Origin: Eledone cirrhosa
Taxonomy: Eukaryota
Direction: 5' to 3'
DNA length: 64,000 nt
NCBI GenBank assembly: GCA_964016885.1
Contig: OZ024753.1
Location: forward strand, 8,742,001 to 8,806,000
Shown one piece after another: positions 1 to 13,458 of this stretch (its first letter is position 1; every line of letters begins with the position of its first letter). The notes under the pieces are model-generated. The model did not search any database. It worked only from the letters and a program-made list of their open reading frames with translations, and was not told where the DNA came from. Both the position numbers and the translations under genes were made by a program.

Positions 1-39
1 GCTCATCATCAGGTGGGTCACAAGTGCTAATTTACATTT

Positions 40-248
40 GTGCCCACATTAAAAACAAAGGGCGGTAACTCAGGTTGTTTTTATTTTGTTTCTTCAGCAT
101 TCATACATGTTGTTTTCTTCGATCGTAAAAATGATAGAAAGATAAATTACGACTGAAAAGTTGGGGTAAAAAAATCAGAAAGATTCCACTTAGGTGACTT
201 AGGCAAGCCATTCAGAAAGCTTCATGGGCTGCAGGTTGGCCATGACTG
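40..248 (-). mobile_element. hAT (Charlie/SPIN-like) DNA transposon terminal fragment
   Basis: Its reverse complement begins CAGTCATGGCCAACCTGCAGCCC and matches the terminus at 19804 (CAGTCATGGGTGACCTGCGGCCCG...TTCTGAATGGCTTGCCTAA). Region 70-190 is the reverse complement of about 23320-23440. Confidence 0.7.
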
Positions 249-399
249 CTCTGTATCTCTTTCTCACTACCATTCTCTCACTCTCTATCCTTTTCTGGAA
301 GAAATCTGCTGTATTCAGACCTGGATAGGAAATGGGCTCTGCCAGGTTTCAAAATTCCCTAGAAATGCTGCATATGAATATAACATCCTTACGACTCCC

Positions 400-513
400 T
401 AAGGAATTATAACTGCATTCTTTCATTCCAGAACTATGTTGAAAAATAAACCTCATTTGGTCATTCTATGAGAGTATCTTGGTCAGCCTCAGAACTTTTC
501 ATCTGATTGTCAT
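400..513. mobile_element. Non-autonomous mariner-type MITE fragment
   Basis: AAACCTCATTTGGTCATTC.ATGAGAGTATCTTGGTCAG is shared with the copies at 27424-27616 and 48105-48295. Confidence 0.6.
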
Positions 514-653
514 AAATAAAGACATGATGAATGTTTAAAAAAAAATCACTTTGCCATCATGTGTACCCAGGTTCAAACCCACTACATGGATCAATAGGTA
601 TCTTTGCTATAGATTCATGTAGACCCAAGCTTTGTTAAATCGGGTAGCCAGAC

Positions 654-1160
654 ATCATCATCATCATCATCGTTTAACGTCCATATTCCACACTTGCATG
701 GGTTTGGACGGGGGTTTTCCCACTTGAGGCAAGAGTGGTTGTCTTGCTCGCATAGGACTGTCTGGCGGGTTTTCTACGGCTGGATGCCCTTCCTAACACC
801 AACCACATTTACAGTGTGGAACTGGGAGGTTTTTACCGTGTTGCCTACACTGCCACATTACAGCGTGGACTGTGTGTTTTTTTGTCGTGACACCTACACG
901 ACCTCATTTGTTTCGGGCTGGATGTTGTGGTACCAACATAACTTTACATTGAAGGGGTGGTGTGGATGGGGTGGGGGTAGTGGGACGGGGTGTATTTTGT
1001 TAGAGGTGCCTACTGACTGTAGTAGGTTACACTTTGTACTTAGGTAAGGCGGGTCTTCTCTATTACTGTGTAGTGCCAAAGCTCTCGGTCCAGTGACATT
1101 GTCTTGGAGAGGTGTAAGTGTGTGAGGTCGGAATTTATCAAGTCGTCCCAGGTTTCTGTG
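654..1160 (-). mobile_element. RTE LINE 3' end (5'-truncated)
   Basis: (CAT)n tail on +, 3'UTR motif GGATGCCCTTCCTAACACC, and ORF-end peptide TWDDLINSDLTHLHLSKTMSLDRELW homologous to the end of the RTE at 17195-18757. Confidence 0.9.
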
Positions 1161-1935
1161 TAGAAATCCATTGGATGAATTGTAACTGCAATTAACTGAA
1201 TGATGATCTTCGAAACGGATGGAGGACATATCATTTTCATTATCAACACTCATGACAGTAATTCTCTTGTTAGGAAGATACATCTATGAACTCTATGATA
1301 TGGGTGCATAATTGTAAATACACACATTTACTACATCTACATAGTTGAACCACAAGTATTTATTATGTGCCTGTGCACCTCCTACTCCAAAAAGTAAGTA
1401 TGTGTGTGTGTAGATATAATGTTATATTTAGCAAGTTTAAAAACCATGCAGAGCTTCACTTAATGACCCATTAACTCTTAACATCCAATAATGATTTAAC
1501 AGAAAATATCTAAAAGTGAATTTGTTAATTCAAATATCTATAATAGTTTTCTAGTGGACAAATTATTGTGAAAATTTTCAGTGAACTAAAATAAAGAAGT
1601 AATCTATTTTAATGTGATGCAGTTTCATGTGGTACAGGACGTTAAGAATTAAAGAACTGGCTATTTACAACATTATTTAGCCTTTTATTTATATAGTACA
1701 TGTGTCTGTATGTCCCGTTTGAAAGAGTCAGTGCTGGATTAAAGCAACTAGGAGCACTGTGCTAGAAAACATTTGAAGTCCCCAGCATCTGCTTAGAAGA
1801 AATGTAATGACACTGAAATATTCCACCATCATTCGAGTCAATATAGGCCTACACATAGATCGATCTTAAGATTCCAGCATGATTCCAGCCAAGATAGGCC
1901 CACACATAGATTGACGCTAAGATTCCAGCACCATT

Positions 1936-2161
1936 TTAACACTTTAGCATTTAAACCAGCCCTAACCAGCCAAACTTCCCTCACCTCTCTCTGTTCAAAC
2001 TGGCTGTAACCAGCCACTCATGCTTAGGTTAAGGTATTGTTCTCAAAATAAATAATATCAAAATCTCATAGATTCAATATTATGTGAGATATTATGTAAG
2101 ATAAAGCCTTTACTGTGAAAATACAATAGTATATATAGAGTAATAAATGCTAAAGGGTTAA
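1936..2161. mobile_element. piggyBac-like MITE (about 225 bp)
   Basis: TTAA|C(A/C)CTTTAGCATTTA ... TAAATGCTAAAGGG|TTAA: terminal inverted repeats flanked by TTAA. About 10 copies occur in the window. Confidence 0.8.
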
Positions 2162-2332
2162 ACTATATTTTATAACATGAATTGGCAGAATTGTTAGTGT
2201 TAGATTAAATTCTTTGGTATTTGTTCTGGTTCTCTGAGTTCAAACCCCACTAGAGTCAACTTGGCCAGGAATGGTAGAAATTTAATATCAACAAAAATTG
2301 AACAGACTTTTTGGCCAATATACACATGCATA

Positions 2333-2520
2333 CTTGTTTCTACTTTAGGCACAAGGCCAGCAATTACCCAGTGCATTACTGGTACTTTATTTTATCGACC
2401 CCCGTAAGGATGAAAGGCAAAGTCAACCTCGGCGGGATTTGAACTCAGATCGTAAAGGGACGTAACTATGCTTGAAAGCATGGCGTCCGACCCTCTACCG
2501 ATACTGCCAATCCACCGCCC
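2333..2520 (-). mobile_element. tRNA-derived SINE with Meta-type central domain
   Basis: On -: A box TGGCAGTATCGG, B box GAGTTCAAATCC, then CTTTGCCTTTCATCCTTAC..GGGGTCGATAAAATAAAGTACCAG. Confidence 0.85.
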
Positions 2521-2821
2521 TATACACATACATACTGAGGGTTAGATAGATGACACAGTTTAATGTGGTCTGTTAGACTGTAGAGATAAGTGGTAACATA
2601 AAAGAGGCTAACTTAATATAGTGAGACAATAGCAGGAAATACACTGTTAGAATGCCTCTGATCATGTTATCTGCTGGATCAAGACAGACCTGGGTTTAAA
2701 CAACATTACTCTAGAATGCTCCAGGCTGGAACATAGCATAGTAAGGCTTTGATCATAGTTCTATTTTATCAGGTCAGAACTTGGATTAAAAACCTAGTTA
2801 GATTGTACCATAGTAGGAGGT

Positions 2822-3225
2822 GAATGCACATGGCTTAGTGGTTAGAGCATTGGGCTTGCAAATCGAAAGGTTGTGAGTTAGATTCTCGGACCGGGTGATG
2901 TATTGTGTCCTTGAGCAAGACACTTTATTTCATGTTGCTCCAGTTTACTCAGCTGTAGCCTTTCCCTTGGACAACATCATATGTAGTTTAGTGTATATAT
3001 AGTCTAAATATAGTGTATATAAGGTGTATATAGTGTATATATAGTAAATCTATAATACATATATGTGTTGTCACAGCATTGGTATCGGCCATAGCCTTTC
3101 CTTTGAACATCATCAATGGCATGGAGAGGGGAGGCTGGTATGTATGGGTGACTGCTGGTCTTCCTCAAACAACCTTGCAAATCACATGGTCATTTGTGAC
3201 CGAAGAGGGTCTTCGAGTAGGAGGT
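2822..3225 (+). mobile_element. tRNA-derived CORE-type SINE (interrupted)
   Basis: A box TGGCTTAGTGG, B-box-like GAGTTAGATTC, and CORE-like TGTGTCCTTGAGCAAGACACTT. The 3' part resumes at about 3090. Confidence 0.7.
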
Positions 3226-3456
3226 TTTTTTATCATAGGGTCTGCTTGATTAGGACAAACCTGGGGTTAAACAACATTACTCTAGAATGCTCAAAGCTAA
3301 AGTGTATCATAGTAAGGCTTTGATCAGGGCAAACCTTGGATTAAATAACATTAGTTAGACTTCACCTTAGTAGGTGTTTTATTATAGGGTCTGCTTGATC
3401 AGGTCAGACCCGGGGTTAAACAATTATATCTAAGAATGATTTTATACTAAACTATA

Positions 3457-3630
3457 CGCACAAGGCCAGCAATTATCCCCAGTGTATTACTGGTACTTTA
3501 TTTTATCGACCCCGTAAGGATGAAAGGCAAAGTTAACCTCGGTGGGATTTGAACTCAGAACGTAAAGGGTCGTAACTCTATGCTGCAAAGCATGGCGTCT
3601 GACCCTGTACCAATACTGCCAATCCACCAG
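3457..3630 (-). mobile_element. Meta-type SINE
   Basis: Same family as 2333-2520, lying head-to-head with the + copy at 3645. Confidence 0.85.
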
Positions 3631-3644
3631 CATTAATTATATCA

Positions 3645-4385
3645 TGGCGGTGGATTGGCAGTATCAGTAGAGGGTCGGGCGCCATGCTTTGAGGCATAGA
3701 GTTACGGCCCTTTCCATTCTGAGTTCAAATCCCGCCGAGGTCAACTTTGCCTTTCATCCTTACACGGGGTCGATAAAATAAAGTACCAGTAATACACTGG
3801 GATAATTGCTGGCCTTGTGCCAAAAGTAGAAACAATTAATTATATCTGGTTGATTGGCAGTGTCGGTAGAGTGTCGGACGCCATGCTTTACAGCACAGAG
3901 TTACGGCCCTTTACGGTCTGAGTTCAAATCCCACCGAGGTTAACTTTATGGGGTCGATAAAATAAAGTACCAGTAATTCACTGGGTATTTGCTGGCCTTG
4001 TGCCAAAAGTAGAAACAATTAATTATATCTGGTTGATTGGCAGTGTCGGTAGAGTGTTGGACGCCATGCTTTACAGCACAGAGTTACGGCCCTTTGCGGT
4101 CTGAGTTCAAAACCCACCGAGGTTAACTTTATGGGGTCGATAAAATAAAGTACCAGTAATTCACTGGGTATTTGCTGGCCTTGTGCCAAAAGTAGAAACA
4201 ATTAATTATATCTGGTTGATTGGCAGTGTCGGTAGAGTGTCGGACGCCATGCTTTACAGCACAGAGTTACGGCCCTTTACGGTCTGAGTTCAAATCCCAC
4301 CGAGGTTAACTTTATGGGGTCGATAGAATAAAGTACCAGTAATTCACTGGGTATTTGCTGGCCTTGTGCCAAAAGTAGAAACAAA
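3645..4385 (+). repeat. Tandem array of four Meta-type SINE copies (183-bp period)
   Basis: GAAACAA junctions recur at about 3833, 4016, 4199 and 4382. The last three copies share the same internal deletion. Confidence 0.9.
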
Positions 4386-5015
4386 TTAATTATATCTAAG
4401 AATGCTCCTCCAAGTTAGAGTCTGCCATAGTTGAGAACAAGCAGTACCATGTAAGAGATAATTTGAAATAATCTACATCAATACTAGCTTCAATACTAGC
4501 GTCAATGCTACCCTTTGATAGAAGAATTATATTTAAACTGTAAAGCTAGTAATATCAGAGATTCAATGAAATATATTTACATTTTATGCCACTCTATCAA
4601 ATCAAAATCAGAAGTGTTTTGTCAAAATAATTAATGAAAGCTATCTAGAAGCTGTATATGTTTGTTAGATTTAATAACGTGCAGCAATTTCAATATCATT
4701 TCCTAGAAATGTTCTCTCCACAGCAGATTGTATTAGTAATAGATTAAATGTATTTGGTTTATTTAGCTGTGTCAATTATATTTGAGAACTCATTCAATAT
4801 ATTCTTCATCTTGGTAGTAAATATTGCATCACTAAGATGAAACTGATGTCCATGAAGCTATTCCACTTCATATGCATCCATAGAAAATTGTTCGATTGGT
4901 GGAATTACTTACCAGATTATCGTATATTTGAAAAATATGGTGTCTGGGTGTGGTGTAATATATTGAGGAGGAGGAGGAGGGAAGTAGCAGTGAAATATCA
5001 TGTCATAAAGTATAA

Positions 5016-5345
5016 TTTACTATGATATCATATAATGTTTCTGTCACATAGAGGAGGGGGGGGGGGGTTACTATGATATCATATAATGTTTCTGTGACAT
5101 AGAGAAGGAGGGAATTCACTATGATATCATATAGTGTTTCTGTGACATAGAGGAGGGGGGATTACTATGATATCATATCGTGTTTCTGTGACATAGAGGA
5201 GGGGGAAATTGACTATGATATCATATAGTGTGTCTGTGACATAGAGGAGGGGGAAATTTACTATGATATCATATAGTGTTTGTATGACATAGAGGGGGAG
5301 GAAATTGACTATGATATCATATAGTGTGTGTATGATATAGAGAAG
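5016..5345. repeat. Minisatellite, about 48-50 bp unit, about 7 copies
   Basis: Unit ACTATGATATCATATAGTGTTTCTGTGACATAGAGGAGGGGG. Confidence 0.9.
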
Positions 5346-5716
5346 GGAAGGAGGAATGGAATGTCATGTCATAAAGGATATATAACTGTGACATCATAAG
5401 GTGTGTGTGTGTGACATAGAGAAAGAGGGAAGTAGAGGTGTAATGTCGTATCATAAAGTATATATAACTATGGTATAATATGGTATTCATTTGGAGTTTA
5501 TTAAGCATGATATAATAATGAAAATATTGTGTACAGTGCTCAGGTGCACTACAACTCATCAAAAGTGTATGCATAGTACATAGGGTAATGTACAAACGTC
5601 AGGAAAATGAACAGTGCATGAGTCATGATATACACATGTATGCATGTGTATGGAAGGGGTACATCAGGTGTAGTTTTGGCGAATATATCATATGCCTAGG
5701 CAGAACATTTGCATAT

Positions 5717-5860
5717 ACAGGCAAAATTCCATTATAACAAATACCATTATAACAAATTTTCAGTATAACGAAATTTTTTTCAATCCCTGGCCACATGCCC
5801 GATGTGTTATGTCGATCTCGTTATAAGGAATTTTTCGTTACAACAAATATTTTCTCAAAT
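5717..5860 (+). mobile_element. pogo/Tigger-like DNA transposon terminus
   Basis: TA|CAGGCAAAATTCCATTATAAC with repeated TATAAC(G/A)A subterminal motifs. A reverse-oriented relative lies at about 34580-34645. Confidence 0.5.
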
Positions 5861-6125
5861 CCCGAGAATTTTACTCTATTGGCATAATTACATCCTCAAG
5901 AAGATATCTCACATTGATTCACCTTCTGGGAGCCTAGTCTTAGCTAGGGCGGTGTTAATGTCATCAGATGGTGTCCAATGTTCATTGGGTGTTTTGACCC
6001 TCAAGGGTAACTCCATCTCACCAGTGGGTCAGCAGTGGAGGTCAAATTACTGCCTATCTTCACTTCCTGTCTTCCAGCTTCTCTTCTCTCTCCTGCTCCA
6101 AGGCCAACAAGATATATATATATAT

Positions 6126-6331
6126 AACGAAGGAAATGTGGTAAGGAACCAGATGGACCATAACGCACCAAAGTACTCAATACTTAGGGTAGTAGAGTGG
6201 GTAATAGGAATGAGTAGGACCCTGACGGCTGAGCTCAAGCCGTTTCGACGGCTAATTCTGGACTAAATGCAGTCCAGAATTAGCCGTCGAAATGGCTTGA
6301 GCTCAGCCGTCGGGGTCCTACTCGTTCCTAT
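6126..6331 (-). mobile_element. Penelope-like/retrozyme-like fragment with fold-back palindrome carrying hammerhead 3' halves
   Basis: Flanked by (TA)n on both sides. 6204-6331 is a near-perfect hairpin (loop AAATGC). Each arm reads GAAA(C/T)-GGCT-tgagctc-AGCC-GTC. Family copies occur at 25840, 31337, 40415, 42168, 45818 and 46463. Confidence 0.6.
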
Positions 6332-6550
6332 ATATATATATATATATATATGTGCATCATCCTTATTTTACATTCACTTTCCATTCTGGCATGGGTTGAA
6401 CAGGAAATTATGATACAAGATTAGGCTGGTCAGGGAACAATTTCTTGCTTGTACATTCCATATTAGGCATGTTTTCTTCAATATGATATGCCCTGTTATT
6501 AATGGCAATCACCTTACCGCATGTACTGGGTACATCCTACAGAACTCTAC

Positions 6551-6760
6551 CCCTTTAGCATTCACATTACTCTATATATACTATTATATTTTAATAGTAA
6601 ATGCTTTACCTCACATAATTATCTCACATAATATCGAATCTATGAGATTTTGAAAGTATTTATTTTGAGAAAAATACCTTAACATCAATTTGAGTGACCA
6701 GTTAGAGCCAGTTTCAACAGAAAGAGGTAGAGAATTCTGGCCGGTTTTGGCCAGTTTGAA
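6551..6760. mobile_element. piggyBac-like MITE copy
   Basis: CCCTTTAGCATT start and shared internal CACATAATATCGAATCTATGAGATTTTGA. A further partial copy lies at 6938-7063. Confidence 0.75.
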
Positions 6761-7089
6761 CAGCAGAAAAAACAGGAAGAGGACTATCAAACAGTCTGAC
6801 ATACTATCAGGGAGGAAATTAATATCTGATCAGTCAAATATTATGGAATTGTAACTAACGCCTTGTTTCTTAAAACTTTACTATCAGGTTTCTGTGAGTA
6901 TCTACATTTTATTACAACTAGTTATAAACAGGTTTTCCTTAACCCTTTACCATTTACATTACTCTATATTTACTATTGTATTTTCACAGTAAAAGCTTAA
7001 TCTCACATAATTACCTCACATAATATCGAATCTATGAGATTTTGATATTAATTTTGAAAACAATCACTGCATGTGGCAATGTGGAATCC

Positions 7090-7520
7090 GTAAGCCGTAG
7101 TAAAGGCAATTCCTCAATGAAGGCAGTGATTTGAATAAAAAAAACTACATGGGGCACATGTGGACTCTACAAGGTGTAGTAAAAGCAACTCATGTAGGAA
7201 GGCAGTGACTCTGATTAAAAATGACTGCATGGGGCAAACGTGAACTCTATAAGCTATAGTAAAGGCAACTTGTGTAGGAGAGCAATGACTGACTCCGATT
7301 ACAAATGACTGCATGGGGCAAACATGAACTCTACAAGTCGTAGTAGAGGCAGTTCATGTAGGAAAGCAGTGACTACAATTGAAAACAACTGCATGAAGTA
7401 CACGTGGACTCTACAAGCCATAGTAATGATAACTCGTGAAAGGAGAGCAGTGACTCGGATTAAAAATGACTGCACAGGGCAGACATGGACACCGTCAGCT
7501 GTACTGAAAGCAACCCAATA
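7090..7520. repeat. Degenerate minisatellite, about 80 bp unit, about 5 copies
   Basis: Recurring GTAGTAAAGGCAACT...GCAGTGACT...AAATGACTGCATGGGGCA...GACTCTACAAG. Confidence 0.8.
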
Positions 7521-7894
7521 AACAAGACAGTGGAGAGGACTCTGAAATGCAGTAAGACAACTTTTGTAGTGCTGGTGGCACAAATAATGCACCCAGCCCA
7601 TACTGTAAAGGGCTTTTTGATAGGAAGCGCATCCAGCCGAAAAATCCTTTCCCAAAATTATTGGAAGCAAAAAAAAAGATGATGATGATGTGTGTGCATG
7701 TGTGTACATGTGTGCATGTGTGTGTATGTATGTATGTATGTGTGTGTATGTATGTATGCATCAGTGGCGAAGGGTAACCTGGAAAGCAGGGCATGCAGTC
7801 CAATCGCTATGGCAGAAAGTGGGGCTGTGCAGCCTTACCACCCTCCCAATTCCCTCTAAATGACCCTCCCGGTAAAAGCCACCATGTAGTGTTA

Positions 7895-8310
7895 TCAAGT
7901 GTGTGTGTGTGTGTCTGTGTGTGTCTGTTATCTTTTTATGTGTCTATACGTTTTAGTAAGCAATCAAAATTCTGCTTGCCCCAAAGTTGTTGTGTGTATG
8001 TGTTTGTGTGTATGTGTGTGTTTGTGTGTATGTGTTTGTGTGTATGTATGTGTGTGTGTGTGTGTCTGTGCGTTATCTTTTTTTGTGTCTATACGTTTTA
8101 GTAAGCAATCAAAATTCTGCTTGCCCCAAAGTTGTTGTGTGTATGTGTTTGTGTGTATGTGTTTGTGTGTATGTTTGTGTTTGTGTGTATGTGTTTGTGT
8201 GTATGTATGTGTTTGTGTGTATGTGTTTGTGTGTATGTATGTGTGTGTGTGTCTGTGCGTTATCTTTTTTTGTGTCTATACGTTTTAGTAAGCAGCCAAA
8301 ATTCTGCTTG
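7895..8310. repeat. Three tandem units of (GT)-rich microsatellite plus a unique spacer
   Basis: GTGTCTATACGTTTTAGTAAGCAATCAAAATTCTGCTTGC occurs three times. Confidence 0.85.
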
Positions 8311-8610
8311 CTTCAACCGACGCCATTGTTCAACTCAAGATTCTATAACGCATGCAATGCATGAGTTGCATGCACGGACCCTTCACCACTGGTATGCATG
8401 CAGACATGAGTATCTGCTGTGTGTGTAGTTAAGCCTGTACATATTGATGTAGATATTTTTACACCTTTCTATAGGCACATATATATATATATTTAATGTG
8501 TACATATAGATGTGCATGCATGGATGGCCACACAACTCCGCTACTATATATATTTCATATCCATATCTTTTGAATCTTTGTATGTGGATGTATGCACTTT
8601 CAGATACCTT

Positions 8611-9722
<1,112 letters not shown>

Positions 9723-9818
9723 TATGGAAGGTAAAATCGAAAAGATTGTGATACCTACTGAACCTTTAGCATTATATCAATCTATTCCCCCATTATATAT
9801 ATATAAATGTATATATAA

Positions 9819-9849
<31 letters not shown>

Positions 9850-9926
9850 AGTATGTATATAAGTATGTATATATATTTATATATATATTTATACATATAT
9901 GAAATTTCGTTTCATTTTTTCCGTAT

Positions 9927-10680
9927 ATCATCATCATCATCATCATCATCGTTTAACGGCCATGTTCCACGCTTGCATGGGTTTGGACGGGAGTTTTCCC
10001 ACTTGAGGCAAGAGTGGTTGTCTTGCTCGCATAGGACTGTCTGGCGGGTTTTCTACAGCTGGATGCCCTTCCTAACACCAACCACATTTACAGTGTGGGG
10101 CTGGGAGGTTTTTACCGTGTTGCCTACACGGCCACATTACAGCGCGGACTGTCTGGCGGGTTTCCTACAGCTGGATGCCCTTCCTAACACCAACCACATT
10201 TACAGTGTGGGGCTGGGAGGTTTTTACCGTGTTGCCTACACGGCCACATTACAGCGTGGACTGTCTGGCGGGTTTCCTACAGCTGGATGCCCTTCCTAAC
10301 ACCAACCACATTTACAGTGTGGGACTGGGAGGTTTTTACCGTGTTGCCTACACGGCCACATTACAGCGTGGACTGTCTGGCGGGTTTCCTACAGCTGGAT
10401 GCCCTTCCTAACACCAACCACATTTACAGTGTGGGACTGGGAGGTTTTTTTTACCGTGTTACCTAAACGGCCACATTTACAGCGTGGACTGTGTGTCCTT
10501 TTGTCGTGACACCTACACGATCTCATTTGTTTCGGCCTGGATGTTGTGGCACCAACGTAACTTTACATTGAAAGGGGCGGTGTGGATGGGGTGGGGGTGG
10601 TGGCACGGGGGTGTGTTTTGTTAGAGATGCCTACTGACTGTAGTAGGTTTTACTTTGTATTTCAGGTAAGGCGGGTCTCC
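9927..10680 (-). mobile_element. RTE LINE 3' end with an internal 112-bp x4 tandem expansion
   Basis: (CAT)n tail. GGACTGTCTGGCGGG starts at 10034, 10146, 10258 and 10370. Confidence 0.9.
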
Positions 10681-11017
10681 TCTCTATATATATATAAATA
10701 AATATATATATATATATATAGGGACTCATTTTATAAGATATTATCCATGTTCAACCATGCAGTATTCTTCTCCCCATTTTTTCATATATATATATATATG
10801 TGTGTGTACATGCATGGCTGCTTGTATGGTTCTTATTTGTATATCCCTATGTCAGTCTGAACCATCATGTGTATACTCAAATATTCTTACATACTTTGGA
10901 CACATCTATATGGGCTTTGGTATGCTATTCTTACAAAGCTTTTTATGAAATTCTTTTTTTGAAATTTCCTTTATGCGTCCATCTAGATATGAACATCTAA
11001 CTTTTGAATGCATAAGT

Positions 11018-11192
11018 ATAAATATATATATATATATATATATGTGTGTCTTTGTGTATGTGTATGTATATGTATGTATATACATATATGTATGTATATA
11101 TATGTGTGTATATATATATATATGTATGTATATATATATGTATGTATATATATATATATATATGTATGTATATATATATATATATATGTGTG

Positions 11193-11258
<66 letters not shown>

Positions 11259-11676
11259 AATATACAAACATATGTGCATGAGTATATGTATGTATGTATA
11301 TGTATGCATATATATATGTATATATATATATGTATGTATATATATATATATATATCTATGTGTATATAAATATATACATATATATCTATATCTATGTGTA
11401 TATAAATATATACATATATATATTTATATATATGTATATATATATATGTATATATATGTGTATATATATATATATATGTATACATCTATATATCTATGTG
11501 TGTATATATATATATATATATTATATATTATATATATATATGTATACATCTATATATCTGTGTGTGTATATATATATATATATATTATATATTATATATA
11601 TATATGTATACATCAATATATATATCTGTGTGTTTATATATATATATTATATATTATATATATATATATATATGTG

Positions 11677-11707
<31 letters not shown>

Positions 11708-11824
11708 GTATATATCTATATATCTATGTGTGTATATATATATATATGTATATATATTATATATTATATATATATATATATATATTTTATATATATATAT
11801 TATATATTTTATATATATATATTA

Positions 11825-11883
<59 letters not shown>

Positions 11884-11940
11884 CATTTACATATTTATAT
11901 ATTGTATCCATATATATCCATATATATATATCCAATAATA
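11018..11940. repeat. (TA)n/(TATG)n microsatellite block
   Basis: Seen directly. Confidence 0.95.
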
Positions 11941-12017
11941 TCTATTTATCATATTTATTTCTGTATGCCTATAAGCACACATATGTGCTTTTGTCTATCT
12001 GTGCAATTTTCTCTTAC

Positions 12018-12222
12018 CATCCGTTATGCTTCACAAGTTAGATTGAAATACTCTAATGTCTGCACTTATGGTATTTCCAAACAACATCATCATCATTGTA
12101 TCTTCTGTTGGCATCATTTATACTTCAGAAACCATATTGCAACTATATCATTTAGCTTCTTTAAGATTTACTACTACCAAACATGGCGTGCAAAAGAAAG
12201 GTTTTACCATCTACCATAACAC
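12018..12222 (-). other. Candidate non-coding or 5'UTR exon of a host transcript
   Basis: Unique sequence between microsatellites. On -: TTCTCTGTTTTTTAGCCAG| acceptor and GGATG|GTAAGA donor. All three frames contain stops. Confidence 0.3.
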
Positions 12223-12822
12223 CTGGCTAAAAAACAGAGAATCTTCCTTAATTTCAGACTTAAAATAAAAACAATTAGCTGACATGAAAGAAGAAAAAAA
12301 AGTGAATATTATTGCAAATGATTAATTATTTTCCATTTACATACATATATATCTGTGTGTGTGTGTGTGTCTCTCTCTCTCTCTCTCTCTCCCCTTCTCC
12401 CTCTCCCTCTCTTTTATCATCATCATCATCATCATCATCATCATCTTCATCAACATTTAAACATTTAATGTCCATTTTCCATGCTAGCATAGGTAGGACA
12501 CTCTTATATATATTTATATATCAACATCCTCCTCAATTTACATCTGCTTTCCCTGATATATATATATCTATATATATCTATATATATATCAGGGAAAAAA
12601 TATTTTTTTCTCAACCTGATTAGTTCTATCGTTACTTTGGTATATATTGTGTGTTAGATTCGCTTACCACAATGTTCGATTTGTCAAGCTATTTAAACGT
12701 ATGTTATTACTCTAAGGCCCCAACTTATCGAGTGCTTTGCTAACTCATCATTTCATATAAGTAGGCCGAATTTACTTGCAAACTGCCAGAGATTCGATTT
12801 TACTATTTTTCAATTATATATA

Positions 12823-12997
12823 TCATCATCATCATCATCATCATCATTTTACGTCCGCTTTTCCCTGCTTGCAAGAGTGGGACGGGTCTTATTCAGCACA
12901 GCATCTGTCCACTCGTCACAGTCCCTCATCATCTCCACCGTGAGCTTCAATGATCTGAGGTCTGTTCTCACCACCTCCGCCCATGTTTTTCGTGGTC

Positions 12998-12998
<1 letters not shown>
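12823..12998 (-). mobile_element. RTE LINE 3' end (family whose ORF runs almost to the tail)
   Basis: RPRKTWAEVVRTDLRSLKLTVEMMRDCDEWTDAVLNKTRPTLASREKRT* followed by (GAT)n. Confidence 0.85.
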
Positions 12999-13048
<50 letters not shown>

Positions 13049-13235
13049 ATGTGGATTGCATTTCCTCTCATCCACTCTCTATAATTCTTTTTTACCTTTA
13101 TATATATATGACTCTCTATAACTTGCCTCCACTCAGACATTCATCACGGATGTTTCCTTCAATTTATTTACCTGCATTTCCTCTCATTCATTTTCTATAA
13201 TTCTTTTTTACCTCTTTTTACCTTCATATATACAG

Positions 13236-13266
<31 letters not shown>

Positions 13267-13397
13267 TAGAAAGTGAGGTGTTTTTACAAAATGAAAAAAA
13301 AAACGAGGTGTCCTACATAGGTGAAAGTATAAGTAAAAAAGATGAAATCGAAAATGCAACTGGAGTCTTTTTTTTAAAATATATATTTATTTGGTTC

Positions 13398-13433
13398 CTT
13401 TACCGTTTTCGCAGTTCTTCTGCTTTTCAAAAG
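13398..13433 (-). ncRNA. Degenerate minimal hammerhead ribozyme with U3-A8 core variant
   Basis: On -: CTT TTGAAAA GCAG aagaa CTGC GAAA acgg TA AAG. Confidence 0.4.
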
Positions 13434-13458
13434 TAGAATTGAGATGGAAGGTTTGTGG

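Noticed and set aside
5802-6266. 154-aa ORF
   Set aside because: It runs across a DNA-transposon end, a TA tract and a repeat fragment, with no recognisable domain.
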